Of a DNA stretch of 64,000 bases, positions 30,357-39,409 are shown one piece after another. The notes beneath the pieces are model-generated. The model saw only the letters and a program-made list of their open reading frames with translations. It had not been told where the DNA came from and ran no database searches. Source of the DNA: a bacterium (GTDB lineage Bacteria > Verrucomicrobiota > Verrucomicrobiia > Limisphaerales > J093); the NCBI GenBank assembly GCA_021780105.1, contig JAJXZJ010000032.1:3615-67614 (forward strand). Reading direction: 5' to 3'. A program made the translations under genes and the position numbers. Position 1 is the stretch's first letter; every line of letters begins with the position of its first letter.

Positions 30357-31166
30357 ATGGAGTTTCTAAAAAAGCATTACGAGAAGGTCCTGCTGAGTGT
30401 CGTGCTCGTGGGATTGGCGGTGGCCGCGGCCTTGTTGCCGATCAAGGTGGCGTCGGTGCGCAACACGCTGGAACAGGCCACGCGGCGTTATGAAACACGG
30501 AACATCAAGCCGCTGAAGCCGCTCGATCTCAGCACGAACGAAGCGGAACTGGCCCGCTTGGAGACCGGTGTGCCCATGCCCTTGGAGACGCATGGCCACC
30601 ATATTTTTAATCCCATCGAATGGGTGCAGAAGCCGGGGCCGGACAGGATTTTGATCCCGCGGGAAGACACGGGCACGAAAGCCCTCATCGTGACCAACAT
30701 CGAGCCGCTGCATACGACGATCGAATTTGAAGGATTACGGGATGCGGGTCCCAATCCGCGTTATACTTTCCGGGTGAAACGGGAAGCCGCGACAAACAAC
30801 ATTTTCTGGCATCCGTATCAACGGATCGCCGGCGTGGGTGACAAGTCAGACGCCTTCACGCTGAAAGAAGTCAAGGGGCCGAAAGAAGACCCGACCGAGG
30901 TCGTTTTGGAACTGTCAGACTCGAAACAGACCGTTAGCGTGAGCAAGGACAAGCCTTACGATGAAGTGGCCGGTTATGCGGCTGACCTCCGTTATGGGGT
31001 TGACAACAAGCTATTTCCCCATGTGCGTCAGGGGCAGAAAATTACCGTTGGTGGCGTGGCATACAATATCGTTGCCATCAGCCAGAGTGACGTTACACTT
31101 GAAGACAGCCAGACGAGAAAGCGAACAACGATTCATTGGGCCGCCGCGCCGCAACCAGCCAAGTAG
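30357..31166 (+). CDS. Pilus-system accessory protein (Amuc_1099/PilP-position)
   Basis: MEFLKKHYEKVLL N-terminal anchor; lies between the PilO-like gene and the secretin. Confidence 0.6.
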   Translation: MEFLKKHYEKVLLSVVLVGLAVAAALLPIKVASVRNTLEQATRRYETRNIKPLKPLDLSTNEAELARLETGVPMPLETHGHHIFNPIEWVQKPGPDRILIPREDTGTKALIVTNIEPLHTTIEFEGLRDAGPNPRYTFRVKREAATNNIFWHPYQRIAGVGDKSDAFTLKEVKGPKEDPTEVVLELSDSKQTVSVSKDKPYDEVAGYAADLRYGVDNKLFPHVRQGQKITVGGVAYNIVAISQSDVTLEDSQTRKRTTIHWAAAPQPAK

Positions 31167-31173
31167 CGATTTT

Positions 31174-33942
31174 ATGTCCTCCGTTTCAACCGTAGCCAAG
31201 ACGATGAGTCGATCCGTCCTAATCACCTTCAGCATGGCGTTATTCCTGGCGGTGGCCGCAACCACCGCCCACGCCCAAACCACCTCCAGCCAGGCGGCCG
31301 AAGAGGAAAATGTCCGCCGACAGGAGCAATCCATCGTGCTCCGGCGCACGCTTCAGGAAGCTCAGGCCGATCAAAAGGCTGGTGACTTGGGCAGCGCCGC
31401 CAAATCATACGAGCAGGCGTGGGCGTTGGTGCAAAGCATCGGCGATGCCGGTATCGAAAAGGAGCGCCAGGAAACCGTGACCGGCTTCTGCGAGGTGTAT
31501 CTGGCGCTGGCCAAGAAATCTTACGCCCGGCAGGAATACACCGAAGCCAAGGTTCAGTTGACCCGGGTTTTGAAAGTGGATCCGAAGAATCCCGAGGGTC
31601 AGAAAGAAATGGCCATGGTTGACAAGACGCTTGGCGATCTTCAAGGCCGGATGCCCGACAAGGAAACCCTTGCCCTCCTGCCAGATGTGCAGAAGCAACA
31701 CATCGCCACCGGCACCTTGGTGCAGGATGGCAAGCTGCTCTATGAAATGGGCAAGCTGGACGAGGCCCAGGCCAAGCTCAAGCAAGCGGTGAAGCAGGAA
31801 CCCAGCAACCAGGCAGCCTACTACTACCTGAAGCTGATTGAGGAAGCCCGGTACACGAAAGAGGCCAAAAAGCGGGAATACTTTGCCAAGGAAAAGCTGA
31901 TCGAGGTGGAGAATTCTTGGAATCCGCCCGTCAGTTTCGGGAATGTGACCAACGCGGCCAACCCCTTCGCCCGGACGAACTCCGTTTACACCGGCGAGGG
32001 ACGCCATGCCATCGAGGAGAAACTCAATCACATTATCCTTCAGGACGTGGAGTTCCCCGACATCGGGATGCCACTCAGCGAGGTGGTGAAGTTCTTGGAC
32101 AAGGAAGTGCGCTTGCGTGACCCCTCGCGCCAGGGAATCAATTTTCTTATCGCGCCGTGGGTGGACATTCAAACGCAAGCGGCTGGCACGATGACGGTGG
32201 ATCCAACGACGGGACAGCCGGTGAACACCCCGCCGCCGGAACCGTTTGACCTGCGCAACGACGTCCACATCCGGATCGAGCCGGCACTGCACAACATTCC
32301 GCTCAAGGATGTTCTCGATGCGATCACCAAGGTTGCGGACAAGCAGATCAAGTATTCGATCGAGGACTATGCGATCATTTTCTCCCGCAAGACGCCGGAC
32401 CAGCCGCAGTTGTTCACCCGGACTTACAAGGTGAATCCCAACACCTTTATTCAAGGGTTGGAAGGCGTGTCAGGGTTTGATTTCGAAGCGGCGATTAACA
32501 GCGTAACCGGAATGGGCATGGGCGGCGGTGCCATGGGCGGCGGCGGCATGATGGGCGGCGGCATGGGCGGCGGCATGGGCGGCGGCATGGGCGGCATGGG
32601 CGGCATGAGTTCCGGTGGGGCCATTGTTCCCAAAGTCTATGCTGCCGGCGGTGGCATGATGGGTGGCATGATGGGTGGCATGGGCGGCGGCATGGGCGGC
32701 GGCATGGGCGGCGGCATGATGGGCGGCGGCATGGGCGGCGGCATGGGCGGCGGCATGGGCGGCGGCATGGGTGGCGGCATGGGTGGCTTCGGGACGGGCG
32801 GTTTGACTGGTGTAACGACTTATACACAGATGTCCTACGTCAATCAATTGGTGCGAGATTACTTCAGTGCCGCAGGGGTGGACTTGGGTGGCACTAACAC
32901 GCTAGGCGGTGGCGGCTACGGTGCCGGTGGCATGGCAAGTCAGATGGGGGGCGGCGCAGGGTTTCAGAATGCGGCCGGCAAGGCGGTCTTCTGGAATGAT
33001 CGCACGGGTATTTTGTTGGTTCGTGCCACGCTGGATGACTTGGATATCATTGACAAGGCAATCCAAGCCCTCAACCAGACGCCGGATCAGGTCAGCATTG
33101 AGGCGAAGTTCGTTGAAATCGGCCAGGACGACGCCAAAGCGCTCGGATTTAATTGGTTTTTGGGTAACATGAACATGTTCGGCGGCAACGTGGGCGCCCA
33201 GGGCGGCACGGCACCGTCCTTCTCAGGTAATTCCACAGCGGCCAATCCTTACGGAACGTTCCCCGGGACATTCGGGACTCCTTCCGTGGCGCCAAATCCG
33301 CAAACGGACCAACTCCTGACCAGCGGTTTGCGCCAAAGCCAGGCGGGCAGCACCAGTATCCCTGCGGTGGGGACCATCACGGGAATCATGACCGATCCTC
33401 AGTTCCGCGTGGTGATCAACGCGTTGGAACAGCGTAGTGGCACTGATGTGTTGTCTGCGCCGAAGGTTACGACCGTGAGCGGTCGGCAGGCTCAGATTCA
33501 AGTCCTCGAAATGCAGAACATTGTGGTCTATAACAACGCCGGCGCGGTTGGCGCTGGCGTCGGCACGGTGGGCACCGGGACGACAACGGGCGGCGCGGTT
33601 ACCAGTGATCGCAACGTCAAGTCGGGATTCCAGTGGGTGGATTCGGAATCGGTTCTGGATAAAGTGGCGGGATTGCCGATCACCCGTTGGTATTACACGA
33701 ACGACGTGGCCACGCCCCATATTGGTCCCATGGCGCAGGACTTCAAGGCGGCTTTCAACGTGGGCGACAGCGACAAGCACATTGCCATCGTGGACGAAGG
33801 CGGCGTGGCGCTGGCGGCCATTCAAGGTTTGAACCAGAAGCTCGAACAACAGATCAAGGCCAAGGATGTGGAAATTCAGGATCTCCAGCAAAGTGTGGCC
33901 GAGTTGAAGAAGCTGGTGCAATCACTTGCAGAGAAGAAATAG
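31174..33942 (+). CDS. pilQ: Secretin (PilQ/GspD-like) N-terminal part fused to a C-terminal peptidase S74/ICA autocleaving chaperone domain
   Basis: Signal peptide, TPR-like helices, N domains, QVSIEAKFVEI, DVLSAPKVTTVSGRQAQI; then TSDRNVK...HIGPMAQDF...GVALAAIQGL + coiled coil (33601-33942). Confidence 0.88.
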   Translation: MSSVSTVAKTMSRSVLITFSMALFLAVAATTAHAQTTSSQAAEEENVRRQEQSIVLRRTLQEAQADQKAGDLGSAAKSYEQAWALVQSIGDAGIEKERQETVTGFCEVYLALAKKSYARQEYTEAKVQLTRVLKVDPKNPEGQKEMAMVDKTLGDLQGRMPDKETLALLPDVQKQHIATGTLVQDGKLLYEMGKLDEAQAKLKQAVKQEPSNQAAYYYLKLIEEARYTKEAKKREYFAKEKLIEVENSWNPPVSFGNVTNAANPFARTNSVYTGEGRHAIEEKLNHIILQDVEFPDIGMPLSEVVKFLDKEVRLRDPSRQGINFLIAPWVDIQTQAAGTMTVDPTTGQPVNTPPPEPFDLRNDVHIRIEPALHNIPLKDVLDAITKVADKQIKYSIEDYAIIFSRKTPDQPQLFTRTYKVNPNTFIQGLEGVSGFDFEAAINSVTGMGMGGGAMGGGGMMGGGMGGGMGGGMGGMGGMSSGGAIVPKVYAAGGGMMGGMMGGMGGGMGGGMGGGMMGGGMGGGMGGGMGGGMGGGMGGFGTGGLTGVTTYTQMSYVNQLVRDYFSAAGVDLGGTNTLGGGGYGAGGMASQMGGGAGFQNAAGKAVFWNDRTGILLVRATLDDLDIIDKAIQALNQTPDQVSIEAKFVEIGQDDAKALGFNWFLGNMNMFGGNVGAQGGTAPSFSGNSTAANPYGTFPGTFGTPSVAPNPQTDQLLTSGLRQSQAGSTSIPAVGTITGIMTDPQFRVVINALEQRSGTDVLSAPKVTTVSGRQAQIQVLEMQNIVVYNNAGAVGAGVGTVGTGTTTGGAVTSDRNVKSGFQWVDSESVLDKVAGLPITRWYYTNDVATPHIGPMAQDFKAAFNVGDSDKHIAIVDEGGVALAAIQGLNQKLEQQIKAKDVEIQDLQQSVAELKKLVQSLAEKK
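32512..32787 (+). repeat. Gly/Met low-complexity tandem repeat (ggcggcggcatg)n, GGGM units, in the secretin
   Basis: Two arrays of 12-bp units separated by SSGGAIVPKVYAA. Confidence 0.9.
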
Positions 33943-34080
33943 GGGAATGACGATACGACGGTTGTGATCCGAGTGGTTTCCGGCCGGCAAGCAAGACAAA
34001 ACAAACCATTTGATATGAAACGATTAGCGTTCTTTGGAGTCCTCGTAGTGGTCTTAGGTCTGGCGGGATCCGCGTTCGCC
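33601..34080 (+). other. In-frame insertion cassette splitting the secretin (S74 domain + stop + leader + signal peptide)
   Basis: 480 bp; removing it joins ...TTTGGAV to QVVNQAANT... in the same reading frame (exact boundary uncertain by 1-2 codons). Confidence 0.75.
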
Positions 34081-34596
34081 CAGGTGGTCAACCAGGCGGC
34101 CAACACGCAGATCATCGCGCCAACAACTGCGATGATACCGCTGGGACCGGAACTGGACGTGATTCCCAACGTTTCGGCCGACGGTTATACGATTCAGATG
34201 AATCTGATTCCGACGTTGACCGAGTTCCTCGGCTATGACAATCCGGGGTCCTTTCAAACACAGGTTGGCCAGCTCCAAGCGCCGCTGCCGCTGCCACATT
34301 TTCGCGTCCGCCAGGTGACCACGAGCGCCATCGTGTGGGACGGCCAGACCGTCGTGCTGGGCGGCCTGATCTCGGAGGAGGTGCAAAAGACCAAGGACAA
34401 AGTGCCGATGCTCGGCGACCTTCCACTCGTCGGCCGCCTATTCCGCAGCGAAACCTCGTTCACTTCCAAAAAGAATTTGGTGATCTTTGTCACGCCGACG
34501 CTGATTGACCCCGCTGGCAACCGGATTCATACCGAGGACAATCTGCCTTACGACCCCAACAAGATTCCAGCGCAAACGCCGTTTGCGCCACAGTGA
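34015..34596 (+). CDS. Secretin C-terminal part with its own Sec signal peptide
   Basis: A-rich leader; MKRLAFFGVLVVVLGLAGSAFA|Q; then GPELDVIPNVSADG, DGQTVVLGGLI, KVPMLGDLPLVGRLFRS, NLVIFVTP. Confidence 0.88.
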   Translation: MKRLAFFGVLVVVLGLAGSAFAQVVNQAANTQIIAPTTAMIPLGPELDVIPNVSADGYTIQMNLIPTLTEFLGYDNPGSFQTQVGQLQAPLPLPHFRVRQVTTSAIVWDGQTVVLGGLISEEVQKTKDKVPMLGDLPLVGRLFRSETSFTSKKNLVIFVTPTLIDPAGNRIHTEDNLPYDPNKIPAQTPFAPQ

Positions 34597-34631
34597 TCCG
34601 GGTCCGTCGGGTGCAACATAACTGTCTGGAC

Positions 34632-34656
34632 AAGGACGGGTTTCGGCCCGTCCTTT
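34632..34656 (+). terminator. Terminator ending the pil/secretin operon
   Basis: Stem aaggacgggt/gcccgtcctt with UUCG loop, T-rich tail. Confidence 0.7.
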
Positions 34657-34707
34657 ACGCTTTTTGCGGAAGGATTCCTGCGAGGTCGCCTTAAAGTTGA
34701 ATGGCTG

Positions 34708-35688
34708 ATGGAAACCAGCGAGAACAGATCAGAGACGCGCCCGCTCCTGACCACCGCAGGAGAGGCGCCGCAACTGTTGTTGGTGGACGGCCACGCCTAC
34801 GCCTACCGGGCGTTTCACGCCATTCGCAGTTTGACCTCACCAACCGGCCAACCTACAAACGCCATCTTTGGGTTCGTGAAAACGATCTCCCGGCTTCGTG
34901 CTGATTTACAGCCAACCTATTGCGCGGTCGTCTGGGACGGTGGCCTGGCGGCGGAGCGGGTTGCCCTGTTGCCCGGCTACAAGGCCACCAGACCGCCGAT
35001 GCCATCGGCGCTGGCGAGCCAGCTCGACGAGATCGTGGCCTGGGTCGAGGCGAGCGGCGTGGTTTCGCTGTGTCGCGAGGGGGTTGAGGCGGACGATTGG
35101 ATTGCCACCCTGGCGATTAAAGCGGCCGAAACGGGCGCCAAAGCGGTGATCGCCAGCAGCGACAAGGATTTCATGCAGTTGGTTTCGCCGTCCGTGGGTC
35201 TGGTGAATCCAGCCGAGAAGCACAGCCGGCGCTGGACCGCTGCCGAGGTGCAGGAGAAGACCGGCGTGCTGCCGGAGCAGGTAGTGGACTGGCTGAGCAT
35301 GGTTGGCGACAGCGTGGATGACATCCCGGGGGTGCCGGGAGTCGGATCGAAAACGGCGGCTGCATTGCTGCGCCAGTTTGGCTCTTGCGAGGCAGTGCTG
35401 GCGCGCGTGGACAAGGTGCAGCCAGAGAGGCTGCGGGCAGGACTGCGAGCTGCTGCCGACGCCCTGCACCGAAACCGGCAGTTGATCACGCTCCGAACCG
35501 ATGTAGGCGGTGGAATCACGCTGGACGCCTTGCTAATCCGGCCGCCGGATACGCCCCGGTTGCGCGATTTGTTTACCCGCTGGGGGTTTCGTTCCCTGGT
35601 GAGCGAACTGGACCTGGCAGGGGCCACGCAAACGGACTTTTTTGAGGATCGGACCGGCCGGACCAAGTTATTTTCCAGCACTGATTGA
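34708..35688 (+). CDS. Stand-alone 5'-3' exonuclease/flap endonuclease (Pol I N-terminal domain; Xni/ExoIX-like)
   Basis: LLVDG, YRAFHA, YKATR, GVEADD, SSDKD, GDSVDDIPGVPGVGSKTA (H3TH); no polymerase domain. Confidence 0.88.
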   Translation: METSENRSETRPLLTTAGEAPQLLLVDGHAYAYRAFHAIRSLTSPTGQPTNAIFGFVKTISRLRADLQPTYCAVVWDGGLAAERVALLPGYKATRPPMPSALASQLDEIVAWVEASGVVSLCREGVEADDWIATLAIKAAETGAKAVIASSDKDFMQLVSPSVGLVNPAEKHSRRWTAAEVQEKTGVLPEQVVDWLSMVGDSVDDIPGVPGVGSKTAAALLRQFGSCEAVLARVDKVQPERLRAGLRAAADALHRNRQLITLRTDVGGGITLDALLIRPPDTPRLRDLFTRWGFRSLVSELDLAGATQTDFFEDRTGRTKLFSSTD

Positions 35689-35891
35689 TATCAACCTCAA
35701 AACATGGCAAACGTATTGCTACAAACGCTTCAAGATTCCGTGCCGGTGACCGGTTGCGCAAGGCACCCAGGCGCCAGAGCCGGCTGGCCGGAGAACCGAC
35801 GAATAAGTTGGCAATGCCGTCGAGCACGGCGCAATTTTTCGGAAGAAAACGTGGACAAAGAAAGGGTGCTTTGCTAGAAAGCCGCAATCTT

Positions 35892-37865
35892 ATGTCATTC
35901 ATGTTGAGCGCCGGTAGGCGGCTGGTTCTACTGGGCCTTGCCTCGCTTGCCCCGGCGGGTGCCTTGGCTCAATCTGCCTTTACGCCCCAAGGAGGCGAAT
36001 ACTCCCTGACGCTGGGTATGTTGGGAGATCAAACGCATCCTTACGTCGGCCTGAGCAGCAACGGCGGAGGCTACGTGGTCTGGCAGGACAACGCCACTGA
36101 CGGCGGCGGCCTCGGCATCAGCGCCCGCGCCTTGAACAATTATCTTTCCCCCGTAGTTGCGCAGACCTTCCGGGTCAATCAACAAGGTGCCGGCGATCAG
36201 GAACAACCCGTGGTCCAGATGCTGCCTGACGGCAGCGCCGTGTTCGTGTGGCAGGGAGGGGCGCAAGGAAGTCAGCAGATTCTCGCCCGGTTCATTGGAC
36301 CCGATGGCCAGTTCACCACGGGTGACATTCCGGTAAACACCACCACGACGGGGCAGCATATGAACCCGCAAGTGGCTGTGTTGAAAGACGGTTCGCTGAT
36401 GATCGTTTGGGCGAGCGATCAACTCGATCGGCAGGTGACCGGGAGCGACCCGCTGGCGGGAGCGTTCGATCCGATTACACACGCACCCTTGGTGCATCAC
36501 CTCGACCGGCCCTATTTCGATGTGTTTGGTCAACGGATGTCCGCCACCGGCCAGAAATTTGGCGGCGAATTTCGCGTCAACGAAACCACGCTTTTCAACC
36601 AGCGCACGCCGGCCGTGGCCGGCACGGATGACGGCGATTTCCTGATTCTGTGGGTGAGCGAGAATCAACGGTTCGACAATAGCGTGGACGTGTATGGCCG
36701 CCGTTATGGCTCCTCCGGAAATCCCCGCGCCGACGAGTTCCTCATCAACACCTCGTCGAATGTCTGCGCGAACCCGGCGGTGATTGGTGGACCGAGTGGC
36801 ACTGCGTTGGTCGCTTGGGACGAGTTCAATCTGGGCAATACTTCGGACGGCTGGAACGTGCTCGCCTGCCAGGTCGGCACGGACGGAATCTTGCTCAGCC
36901 CACCGCAGGTGATCAACACGCGCAATCCCGGCAAACGCTTTGCTCCCCAACTGGCCCGCGCCGGCAACGATTTCCTTGCTGTCTGGACGAGTGACTGGCA
37001 GGACCTGTCGCGCGAAGGCGTCTATGGTCGTTTCCTGAAGCCGGACGGCTCACCCAACAGCGACGAATTCCGCGTGAACACCACCACCATCAGCCAGCAG
37101 ATTCAGCCGGCGGTGGCCAGCAACGGTAGCAACGGGTTTTTGACGGTCTGGTCCACGTTTACGGGCTTGGACTATGGTTTCGAACTTGCGGGTCAGCGTT
37201 ACAGTTCAGACAAAACGCTCGTTCCGCCGGCCGCACCTTTCGTCTCGGCACTCGATTCTTACTCCCTGCTCGTGGGTTGGTCCGCGCTTGCTGGTTACAC
37301 CAACACCGTCACCTACCTGGTCTATCAGGATGGTTCAACCAGCGCCCTGCGGACCACGAACAACTACCAGATCGTTCGTGGACTGATGCCGGCCAGCAGC
37401 CACTCCTTCCAGTTGGCCTACGATTTGGGAAATGGCTCGGTGTCGCCGATTTCCACGGCCACCACCAACACGACTTGGGGTGCGGATTTGAACTACGACG
37501 GTCTGCCGGACGACTGGCAGGCGAAGTATTGGGGAACCGATTCCAGCAAATGGCCGGCGCCCACGGCGGACAGTGACGGCGACGGGGTTTCCAACCTGAG
37601 CGAGTTTCTGGCGGGCACCGATCCGACCGATCCGAACAGCGTGTTGAAGACCAGCATCACACCGACAAAACTGGGCTTGTTGGTGAGCTGGAATTCCGTG
37701 CCGGGGCAGGTGTATCAGGTTCAATCCTCACCTGATTTGAAGACGTGGACGAATCTGGGCAGCCCGCGATTTGCCCCTGACAGTTCGTTCTCGGTGCTGG
37801 TTCCGATGCCAGCGGCATCCTCGGCGACCGCCTTTTACTCGTATCGCGTCATCCGAATTCGTTGA
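35892..37865 (+). CDS. Secreted repeat (beta-propeller-like) protein with FN3-like segment, Ca-binding repeats and C-terminal domain
   Basis: Repeated FRVN...Q..P.VA units; DSDGDGVSNLSEFLAGTDP; ends FYSYRVIRIR. Confidence 0.7.
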   Translation: MSFMLSAGRRLVLLGLASLAPAGALAQSAFTPQGGEYSLTLGMLGDQTHPYVGLSSNGGGYVVWQDNATDGGGLGISARALNNYLSPVVAQTFRVNQQGAGDQEQPVVQMLPDGSAVFVWQGGAQGSQQILARFIGPDGQFTTGDIPVNTTTTGQHMNPQVAVLKDGSLMIVWASDQLDRQVTGSDPLAGAFDPITHAPLVHHLDRPYFDVFGQRMSATGQKFGGEFRVNETTLFNQRTPAVAGTDDGDFLILWVSENQRFDNSVDVYGRRYGSSGNPRADEFLINTSSNVCANPAVIGGPSGTALVAWDEFNLGNTSDGWNVLACQVGTDGILLSPPQVINTRNPGKRFAPQLARAGNDFLAVWTSDWQDLSREGVYGRFLKPDGSPNSDEFRVNTTTISQQIQPAVASNGSNGFLTVWSTFTGLDYGFELAGQRYSSDKTLVPPAAPFVSALDSYSLLVGWSALAGYTNTVTYLVYQDGSTSALRTTNNYQIVRGLMPASSHSFQLAYDLGNGSVSPISTATTNTTWGADLNYDGLPDDWQAKYWGTDSSKWPAPTADSDGDGVSNLSEFLAGTDPTDPNSVLKTSITPTKLGLLVSWNSVPGQVYQVQSSPDLKTWTNLGSPRFAPDSSFSVLVPMPAASSATAFYSYRVIRIR

Positions 37866-37868
37866 CCT

Positions 37869-39365
37869 ATGCTGCGCTTGTTGAACAGAATTTGCCTCAG
37901 CCTGCTGATCATTGGAGCAGTTGAGAAAGCCTCGGCGTTTGCCTTGTTTGGTCCGCTTGACACTTGGCAGACGGCCAATCTTGGCTACGATGGCAACGGT
38001 GGTCCGCAGAACTTGGGCGAGGAGTACCGTATCAACACGCCGACCTTGACTTACGGTTTTGATTCGGCGTTTCTCAATTACTTCGGCACGAACGGGGTCG
38101 CGGATATTGACCAGGCGATGAAGTTGTTGAACGACCTGCCTTCATTCCGCAGCATGACGGCGGACCTGAACGAATACCCGAACGACACGCGCCGCATCAA
38201 CTATCAGGCTAACGCGCTCCAGCTATACAGCTTGAAGAGCTATGCGTTGAGTGCGGTTCTTGGGGAAATGGGTCTGGCTGGTGCCGATCGTTACGTGTGG
38301 TGTATTCGCAATATCTACACGGACCCGGCCAACGTCCTCTGGTACACGATCATCAAGCGTAACTTCGATCCCGTGACTTGGGAATACAGTTCCTACGTCA
38401 ATGGTGCCATGTACACCTACCAGATTGCGCCCTATGATGCTACACCCGATTGGGACGCGATGGAGTATGAAACAGACCCCAATATGCCGAGCGACACAGC
38501 GGTATCGTCGTTGGCTGATCCTCCGCCGAGGCCTGTCGCCACTGGTTCGTATATCACTTACTCCTACGGAATGTTCTATTCGGGATTGACCCGCGATGAC
38601 GTGGGTGGTTTGCGCTATCTCTATGATTCGGCAAACTGGAACGTGGAAACCCTGCCCACGAATGCGGTTGCGGCTGGGTTGGGTTTGCAGACCGGCATCA
38701 TCGGCGGCGGCACGACAGGTGGCAACCCGTGGGGACAGCCTCCGGGTGGCACTACGACAAACACCACGGGGACCAACACGGTGACCGTGACCAACGTCGT
38801 GGTGGGTACAGCCACGCGACCTGGCGTGGACCACATTACCTTTGTCCGGGTTAATTACGACTCCGCCTTTGGCGTGTGGGTGCCGCTGACGAATGTCTGG
38901 ACGGATACCTATATCACGAACTATGCCAGCAAGACGCAAACCTTGCAGCGCACGCTGACGCAACCCGACATCCTGTTCACTGCGGCTGACATGGGCGTGG
39001 ATCCAGTTGGACAGCCGATTCTATGGGGAATTACCGAGTCATTCATCAACAACAGTGCTTTGAATGCCGTTGGGACAACCGGTGGCACGCTCAATGGCCC
39101 CGGTCTGGTGGCCATGCCGGCGATAATCAGCTTCAACAAGGTCGGGCCATGGTGGTATCAGACGGCGGGCGGAAATGGTTTCGTGTTACAGGGCTTCTTG
39201 TGGGGGACTTTTGATGGCACCACCAACGCGCCAATCGTTTATCCGAGCGGAATCAGCATCAAGGCGCTGGAACAAGCCATTATTACCGGTCAAGCCGGGG
39301 CCGGACAGAATCCGTATTTGAACCCGGCGGGTTCAACCGCGAGTACCGGTCAAACCGGTCCGTAG
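37869..39365 (+). CDS. Secreted hypothetical protein, matrixin-like but lacking HEXXH
   Basis: Signal peptide; LKSYALSAVLGEMGL and LTRDDVGGLRYLY resemble matrixin helices. Confidence 0.6.
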   Translation: MLRLLNRICLSLLIIGAVEKASAFALFGPLDTWQTANLGYDGNGGPQNLGEEYRINTPTLTYGFDSAFLNYFGTNGVADIDQAMKLLNDLPSFRSMTADLNEYPNDTRRINYQANALQLYSLKSYALSAVLGEMGLAGADRYVWCIRNIYTDPANVLWYTIIKRNFDPVTWEYSSYVNGAMYTYQIAPYDATPDWDAMEYETDPNMPSDTAVSSLADPPPRPVATGSYITYSYGMFYSGLTRDDVGGLRYLYDSANWNVETLPTNAVAAGLGLQTGIIGGGTTGGNPWGQPPGGTTTNTTGTNTVTVTNVVVGTATRPGVDHITFVRVNYDSAFGVWVPLTNVWTDTYITNYASKTQTLQRTLTQPDILFTAADMGVDPVGQPILWGITESFINNSALNAVGTTGGTLNGPGLVAMPAIISFNKVGPWWYQTAGGNGFVLQGFLWGTFDGTTNAPIVYPSGISIKALEQAIITGQAGAGQNPYLNPAGSTASTGQTGP

Positions 39366-39409
39366 GAAAGGGTTAGGGGGGACATTTGCCAACTTACGTT
39401 CGATTCCTT

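Noticed and set aside
32512-32787. Tandem repeat as a possible CRISPR array or contingency locus
   Set aside because: No spacers, and the unit length is a multiple of 3 inside a CDS, so slippage would not shift the frame.
33601-33942. S74 domain as evidence of a prophage tail gene, an intein or an IS
   Set aside because: No phage genes, integrase, transposase or terminal repeats nearby; lacks the intein C-terminal His-Asn and Hint blocks.
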